A stretch of DNA of 60,968 bases, the filler included, from Squatina squatina (Eukaryota), in NCBI GenBank assembly GCA_031763465.1. It is 4 parts of 4 records of this genome, joined end to end, with 100 filler letters (N's around TTAATTAATTAA, not from the genome) between each part and the next. Parts side by side here need not be neighbours in the genome. Positions count along the whole stretch, not along the records: positions 44,693 to 60,968 come from JARFOE010000004.1; 3 more parts are not named here. The stretch is one strand, 5' to 3'. The notes beneath the pieces were generated by a model, which saw only the letters and a program-made list of their open reading frames with translations, did not search any database and was not told where the DNA came from. The position numbers and the translations under genes are program-made. This document shows, piece by piece, positions 54,501-60,968 of this stretch (position 1 is the first letter of the stretch; every line of letters starts with the position of its first letter).

Positions 54501-57500
54501 TAAGCAGGCAGTTTCAGTTCAAACCAAATGGGACATGACTGGGTGGATCAGGCTGGTAAAGCTGAGTGTTGAAAAGAAAATTGTGTACGGTAATTCAGAA
54601 ATGGGAGAAGAGCAAGCATGCTCTTTGTGTAGGACTACATAAACCAGATATTAAGGAAATGTTTTTATTGTTGTGCTATATTAGAATGTGCTACAAGAAC
54701 ATGGTGCTGGAGATGACCTATTTTTATACCTTTAACTGAATGAGTTCTTTATAACTCAATTTAATATTCTCAGTACTGAATATAATTGTAAAAATGCATT
54801 GTTTGAATATTCTGTGTTTTTTTGTTGTGTTACCTTTATTAGTAATACATGTCTAATCTGCTTAATATATCAATGTTTGCCTGATAAATATGACCTGTTA
54901 ATAGATGAACTAAGGAATTATGGTCAGACTGGATTTGGCAGCAATCAGGGTGTGAGACGGATTGCATTTATAAGTAACAAACTGAGCGAAGGTGAAGAAG
55001 ACATCTCAGTGGCATCTCCACAAAAATGTTTATAGACAGGCTGCTCTGCAAGTAGTCACAAGATTGGCTTCCAAGTCAGATAGGCTCAAAGCTACCTGTC
55101 AGTCATGCCTACCTGTCACAACTAGGACAAGTAATATCTTCCTCGCACACATCTTCCTATATGTTCCCACAGAACACCTCACTTCCATGTGCCCATCCAT
55201 CCAGCAACTGATCTGAAGAGATAAAATTCAACTAACCAAGGTGAATGAGTTTGACTGACAGTCAGGAGGACTAACGCTCATGATGATCTGATTGGGAGCA
55301 AGTACTCAAGCACATGTTGTTATAGCTTTAATTGGTGCGAGAATAACTTGTCCCTTAAAAATAATGTTGGAATACTAGCAGCAGAAAAATCTCCCACTGC
55401 CTATGGCTGAAAGTTGCTGATATTAAGGGGACAGTGTCAGATAGATTGTAATCTTAATGGAACTCCAACATTTGGATAGGGAAGGATTATCAGTAAACAA
55501 CTTAAAGTAACCTGTTATATTAAATATTAGCCCAATTATCAAGTAACTTATCCCTCAATAATGGGCTGCCTGAAATTTTGCAGGTTCCTCACTATCGATT
55601 CATAACCCAGGGGTCTATGTGGCTTTAATTGGGATTATATTGTATTGATCTGTCTCGAGCTGTTTTCAGGGTTATCATGTTTCTGTGCCAGAAATCAGGC
55701 AGCAACTTCACTTGGGCTATTGATCTGACACTTGTTGAAATGACTCATGGTTTGCTGAACATTGTGTAATTTGTGGTGTAGTGATTACTTGGTTCAATGG
55801 ATGACAATCCCTGCAGCCTCTAATCATTTTTAAAACATTATCAAAAAATAAACATCTACCATATTAGATTATAACATTTTTCTGTTGCCAAATTAACAAA
55901 TAATGTTCTCTGTGCTATTTTTCCGCACCTTGCCTATGATTATTCGATACATCTTCCTGTGGATATCTGAAGCACTTCAAGAGGACTTGGAACCATTTAA
56001 AGCAAAATGCATCTCCAGCAACTAAAGTTTGAATATGTACAGTGTGAATTACTAAAACACTGACTGCACTCTTCTAGTAAGTTGGACTAAAGTAGAAATA
56101 AAAATGGAGTGCTGTTGTGTTCAGAGTGTCTGTGCATAGTCTGTTTAAGCCACAGGGCGCCTTTTTGCAATCGTTAGTTGTGAGCTATTCACGCAGTAAG
56201 GCGTTCCATGGGGGCAACAGCTATGTAGGAAGGAGCTTGCTTGATAGACAGTTCATGGATGTGTGGTTGTTCACATTGGAATAAGCAAGCCCTCATTGCC
56301 TGCATCATTGATCTGCACACAAGTGGGCCCAGTTACTTCTGGTACAATCGTGCTAACCATCCAATGGAGCATTTGATAAACCTTTCTGTCAGAATTAATT
56401 TCATGCTTCCTATTGGATTTGGGGAGATTTTCTTGCATGGCATTGTTACATGTCAGGTGTCTGGGTTGGTTGCCTTCTGGAAAAGCATTGAAATAGCAGC
56501 AACACCAAACATAGTGCAGCTGGATCACTCATTGCCCATATCAACACTGACTGGGGGACCCTTGCATTAATCTGCCTGGGTTTCTACCTATTGACTTAAC
56601 AAGGAAATAAGCAGACTAGTAAATAGGACCTTTATTGAAGACAATAATCCATCACAAGCTAAGAAAGCTATTTCAGGGACTCTACTGTGCTATNNNNNNN
56701 NNNNNNNNNNNNNNNNNNNNNNNNNNNNNNNNNNNNNNNNNNNNNNNNNNNNNNNNNNNNNNNNNNNNNNNNNNNNNNNNNNNNNNNNNNNNNATGTTGG
56801 GTTCCCAAGAAGGCCAAGGGTGTAGGAACTCTGATCTTTGGAGTCCCCATCTCAGCACTGACCCATGTTTTCGCCAACGGTCTTGGAAAGGGTAGATGGA
56901 GACTCTGGCTCAGAAGTCCATCCATGAAAATCTCAGCGCTAGGCAAGGACCTGGCATTATTGCAGGGGTTTTCAGGAACACCTATGGATTTGGGAGGTCC
57001 TTGTTTCGATGGCTGGCATGGTGATAACTGGCATAGTGGATGTGCTGCTGCAGGAGGTGGGTATGAGTTAGCTTGCTTTTTCTGGTACTCCAAGGCACCT
57101 TCCAGAGGACAGAAGTGTACCATAAGTAACCCACTTCATTTGTTGTGTTTTCTTCATGAATGGAGGTGAACTTTTGATTGAGAAATTATTGATTGTTAAT
57201 TTTTTTCCCACAGCTTATGTAACCTTTTGTAAGGATGGGCTTCACCACCCTGCACTTATGGGAACAGCAATTAGATGGAGTACGTGCTCTCCCATTTATT
57301 TTTTCAAATCATTGTATGAGATTGTTCTTGTATAAATATAAACAGTTAATCGAGCTGAAACAGCTAGGACATTTTGAAAAGGTATTAGAGTTCCAAATGT
57401 CTAATCTGACAAATCAGCTTTAAATCATTTTGCTTGAGGAAACAGCTCCACTGTTCACAAAGAGTCATTTTATTGTTTTACACTGTTACAGTACAGTGCA

Positions 57501-58504
57501 GGATAGTTACACAAAAATGAAGCTGTACACATAATTAGAATCAATTAAGACATCAGTTTGCATCACATTGTTCATTGAAAATCTTTACATTCTCTCTACA
57601 CCATTTGCTGTCATGTGTAATTATTTTTTCATGTCAACCTATGTTTTCTCAACCGCTTTCCTTACCTTGATTTTTCTTGTCTTACCAGCTTTCTCCACTT
57701 CTTTCTTTCCCTCATCTCCCCTCTCCTGAAAGCACTGATTCTTCCTGGTGTATGGTTCCATGGACACTGCACCTCACCCAAGTGCTTNNNNNNNNNNAGC
57801 CTTGATGGTGAATGTCCCCAGACTGTCAACTGGTGTAATTTTGCTCTCACCTGCTGACAGATTTTCTGAGTACCCGCTCCCATATTGGGAAATTGGACCC
57901 TTGCTGGAAAACAATCAGGAGCAGGAACACTAACTGATTCTCCTCCTAGGGGTGCGAAAGTCAATTACAATGCCCTATCGCTACCTGACCTGGGATTCGC
58001 AAATTCAATCCAGATGTGGGATCAAATCTGGACTCTCCCTGGCCTGCATTGCTCAGTTACTCACTGGCAAACTAGAGAGTCATTGATGGAGGCTTGCTTT
58101 TCGTCCTATTGCACTCACCCCTCTCGGAAAATTAGTAATAAGAATTCCTGATCAGCTCATTGTATTATATCTGGGGCAACATTTTTATTTAATTTTCTTT
58201 CAACTTGATCCAAAGAATCGTACAGAGGATTAATGACGTAAATCATACAATTGCTTTAGGGTTTTTTAATTTAAATTTCCATTTTCTTCTGTAGATATGT
58301 ATAATGGATTTATGGAGTCATCTTTATCTGAATGTGATAAGAGAGCCATTTACTGGATAACAATGCCACCTGGCTCACTTGGTAGTTCTCTTGTTACTCT
58401 GGAAAGTTGTGAGTTCAAGCCCCAAGTTGTGAGGGAATTGAGCTTATATACCTAATATAAGTTAGCAGCAGCTGAGCTGTTGAAAGCAGGCAGATGGATA
58501 GAGG

Positions 58505-58795
58505 TACAAAAGCAAAATACTGCAGATGCTGGAATNNNNNNNNNNNNNNNNNNNNNNNNNNNNNNNNNNNNNNNNNNNNNNNNNNNNNNNNNNNNNNNNN
58601 NNNNNNNNNNNNNNNNNNNNNNNNNNNNNNNNNNNAGGCAGCATCTGTGGAGAGAGAAACAGAGTTAACGTTTCAGGTCTGTGACCTTTCATCAATTCAT
58701 TGATGTTTCAGGTGAAAGGTCATTGACGTGAAGCATTAACTCTATTTCTCTCTCCAAAGATGCTCCAGCATTTTTCCAGCATTTTTGTTTTTATA
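58505..58795. mobile_element. Penelope-like terminal-repeat pair in inverted orientation, with a hammerhead-like motif
   Basis: gcatctgtggagagagaaacagagttaacgtttcaggtc...cctttca is followed by its degenerate reverse complement tgaaaggtcattgacgtgaagcattaactctatttctctctccaaagatgc. The same family end occurs at 17382-17417. Confidence 0.6.
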
Positions 58796-60110
58796 CCCAA
58801 TCTTAATCTGCCCTCACCTAGTGTTCATACATACACATTTCCAGCAGGGATGATGGCAACAGTTAGAAGCAGGAGCCATGGCAGATTTCTATTCACAGCC
58901 TCAAAGCATCACATCCAGCAATGCAAACTTGGCTACAATTATCCATTCACTGTACAAATTTGAAAGCAGCATTGTGATGTGGACTCCTGCCCAGTGTGAT
59001 TGAGATGGTCTAAACTAATTTCAATCAGGATTCTGCAGAGCTTTTATAAAGAAAAGTGCCTGGTTCACAAGCCCTGTGTTGTCTTTTTTTAACAGTGTAT
59101 GTTGAGACACAAGTAGGAAATGATTGCAAGGAAAATCTGCTTCATCACAGTCTGTATCAACAAAGTAACAATTGTAATAGCTAAAAATTGGACTAAAAAG
59201 TGAGTCACTTCAACAGTATATTCCATACAGGCTTACATTTGCTTTACAGTCTCACTTTAAGCATCATGCAACAATGTGCTGCGAAGAGCATAGAGATGAT
59301 TGCAAAAGAGCAAATTAGTAAAGTAACATCCGGTGTAGGAATAAATAGGAACCTCACCATGTCTCATCCTCCACTTTTAGGACTACCTACGGCCNNNNNN
59401 NNNNNNNNNNNNNNNNNNNNNNNNNNNNNNNNNNNNNNNNNNNNNNNNNNNNNNNNNNNNNNNNNNNNNNNNNNNNNNNNNNNNNNNNNNNNNNACCCCA
59501 AGTCGGTTACCATCCCCTGTGATTCAATCAATTCCAGTCACCTAAGTTTCCTGTTAAATAAGATCAGTATAAGAATTCATAAAACTATCTGAAAGTTGTC
59601 AGGAATGAATTTTAATTTTGATCAGCTTTTTTCCACATTAATGATCAGACCCAGTGTGGTGAGATCATTTCCAATCCTTGGTATTCGAAGTTAGCGTTAC
59701 AATTGTTGATGGATAATAGAAATAAAGCCGACAGATATCCAAAGTTTTCAGTCCTGTTCAAAGCACAATATTCATTTGCAATAAGGATTGATTTAAAGAT
59801 GGTGCCTTGAACTACATTAGTTTCTCAGCAGCAGGGAAAATGTGGCATTGGTGACTTCTACTGAAAGATTTGCTATTAGACAGACTGTGATATCAGATTA
59901 CAGAGCACACTTTCTTAAATGATGATGTGCCACTTGAAATAAACTTAACTTTGATGTGGTCTGTCGTCAGTTGTGTACAATGTAATTTAGCTTTGAGTTT
60001 CTTTCCACTTTCTTAGCTGCTGACTGACCTGCAACCTGAAGCTCCTTCTCGTAACTTCTGTTGAACATCAAAGGCTTCGATTGGGTGCGCTAACTCTTGT
60101 TAATGCAAGT

Positions 60111-60294
60111 GTCAGCCGTGACTCAGTGGGTAGCACTCTTGCCTCTAGGTCGGAAGGTTGTGGGTTTGAGTCCTTCTTCAGACACTTGATCACAAAATAA
60201 AGGCTGACACTCCTGTCAGTCTGAGGGAGTGCTGCTCTGTCTGAGGCGTTGTCTTTTGGATGAGATATTAAACCAAGGCTCTTTCTGGCCTCTC
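60111..60294 (+). mobile_element. tRNA-derived SINE 5' part (same family as 12617-13178)
   Basis: A-box-like tgactcagtggg and B-box-like ggtttgagtcc, then ggctgacactcc...ctgagggagtgctgc...gtcttttggatgagat. Confidence 0.8.
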
Positions 60295-60968
60295 NNNNNN
60301 NNNNNNNNNNNNNNNNNNNNNNNNNNNNNNNNNNNNNNNNNNNNNNNNNNNNNNNNNNNNNNNNNNNNNNNNNNNNNNNNNNNNNNNNNNNNNNTGTGAT
60401 AGAATGTCCACCTTTACTTTACTTCCTCCTGTTCTTCACCCACTCTCAGATCAGGGCAGAATGCCCCACCCAGCTAGGCCTGTGCAGTGAGAACTTTATA
60501 AAAATGGCTGCTTACATGGGTCAATCAAATCAGGAACAACAAAATAAAATAAATTGTTCAGAGTCCTCATGGAAAATGGAACTCAATTTCAATGGGCAGC
60601 TCTCTTAGTTCTACTTAAAGAACCAAATAACATCGTATTACAATGTTGCTGATGTAATATACTAATATTAACCTGAGATTGCAAAGTCACAGATAGCCCT
60701 TAGCATTGTGTTACCACATCATCATTTCTCTAACCTAAAGGGCACTGCTGGAAGAAGCTGAGTGGCTGTTAAGTAAATTCTGTCACAAAATAGTTCTATT
60801 GGGTTTGACCTTTGACTCACACAGGAAATGAGTTTATATCCATTACCTTACAATAGGAAGTCCTAGTTTGGATGCTAATCCTTATAGAATGGTAACGAGC
60901 CAAGTTTCAGACCCTTGTGCTGTGGTTAGAAACCTCTTGGGCTCAGATTTAAACTTTTAGCCTCATAT

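Overview
A gappy, repeat-rich vertebrate genomic window. The repeat families (CR1 with (TTCTTATG)n-type tails, Deu-domain SINEs, Penelope-type ends) suggest a cartilaginous fish; this is an inference. Three artificial linkers (44 N + TTAATTAATTAA + 44 N) split it into four probably unrelated segments: 1-14599, 14700-30634, 30735-44592 and 44693-60968. The coding content I can recognise is one RIOK3 exon, seven UNC13C (Munc13-3) exons confined to the third segment, a NUP153-like FG-repeat fragment and a C2H2 zinc-finger pseudogene. The rest is decayed L2, CR1 and RTE LINEs, SINEs, Harbinger/PIF derivatives and an 18-bp minisatellite. The most notable observation is a divergent U6 snRNA copy fused directly to a CR1 LINE 3' tail (about 12922-13064). 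It is either a U6/CR1 chimeric retrocopy or a member of a possible U6-derived SINE family. A minimal hammerhead-ribozyme-like motif also sits in a Penelope-type inverted repeat (58636-58795). All family assignments were made by eye from recalled sequences; no searches were run.
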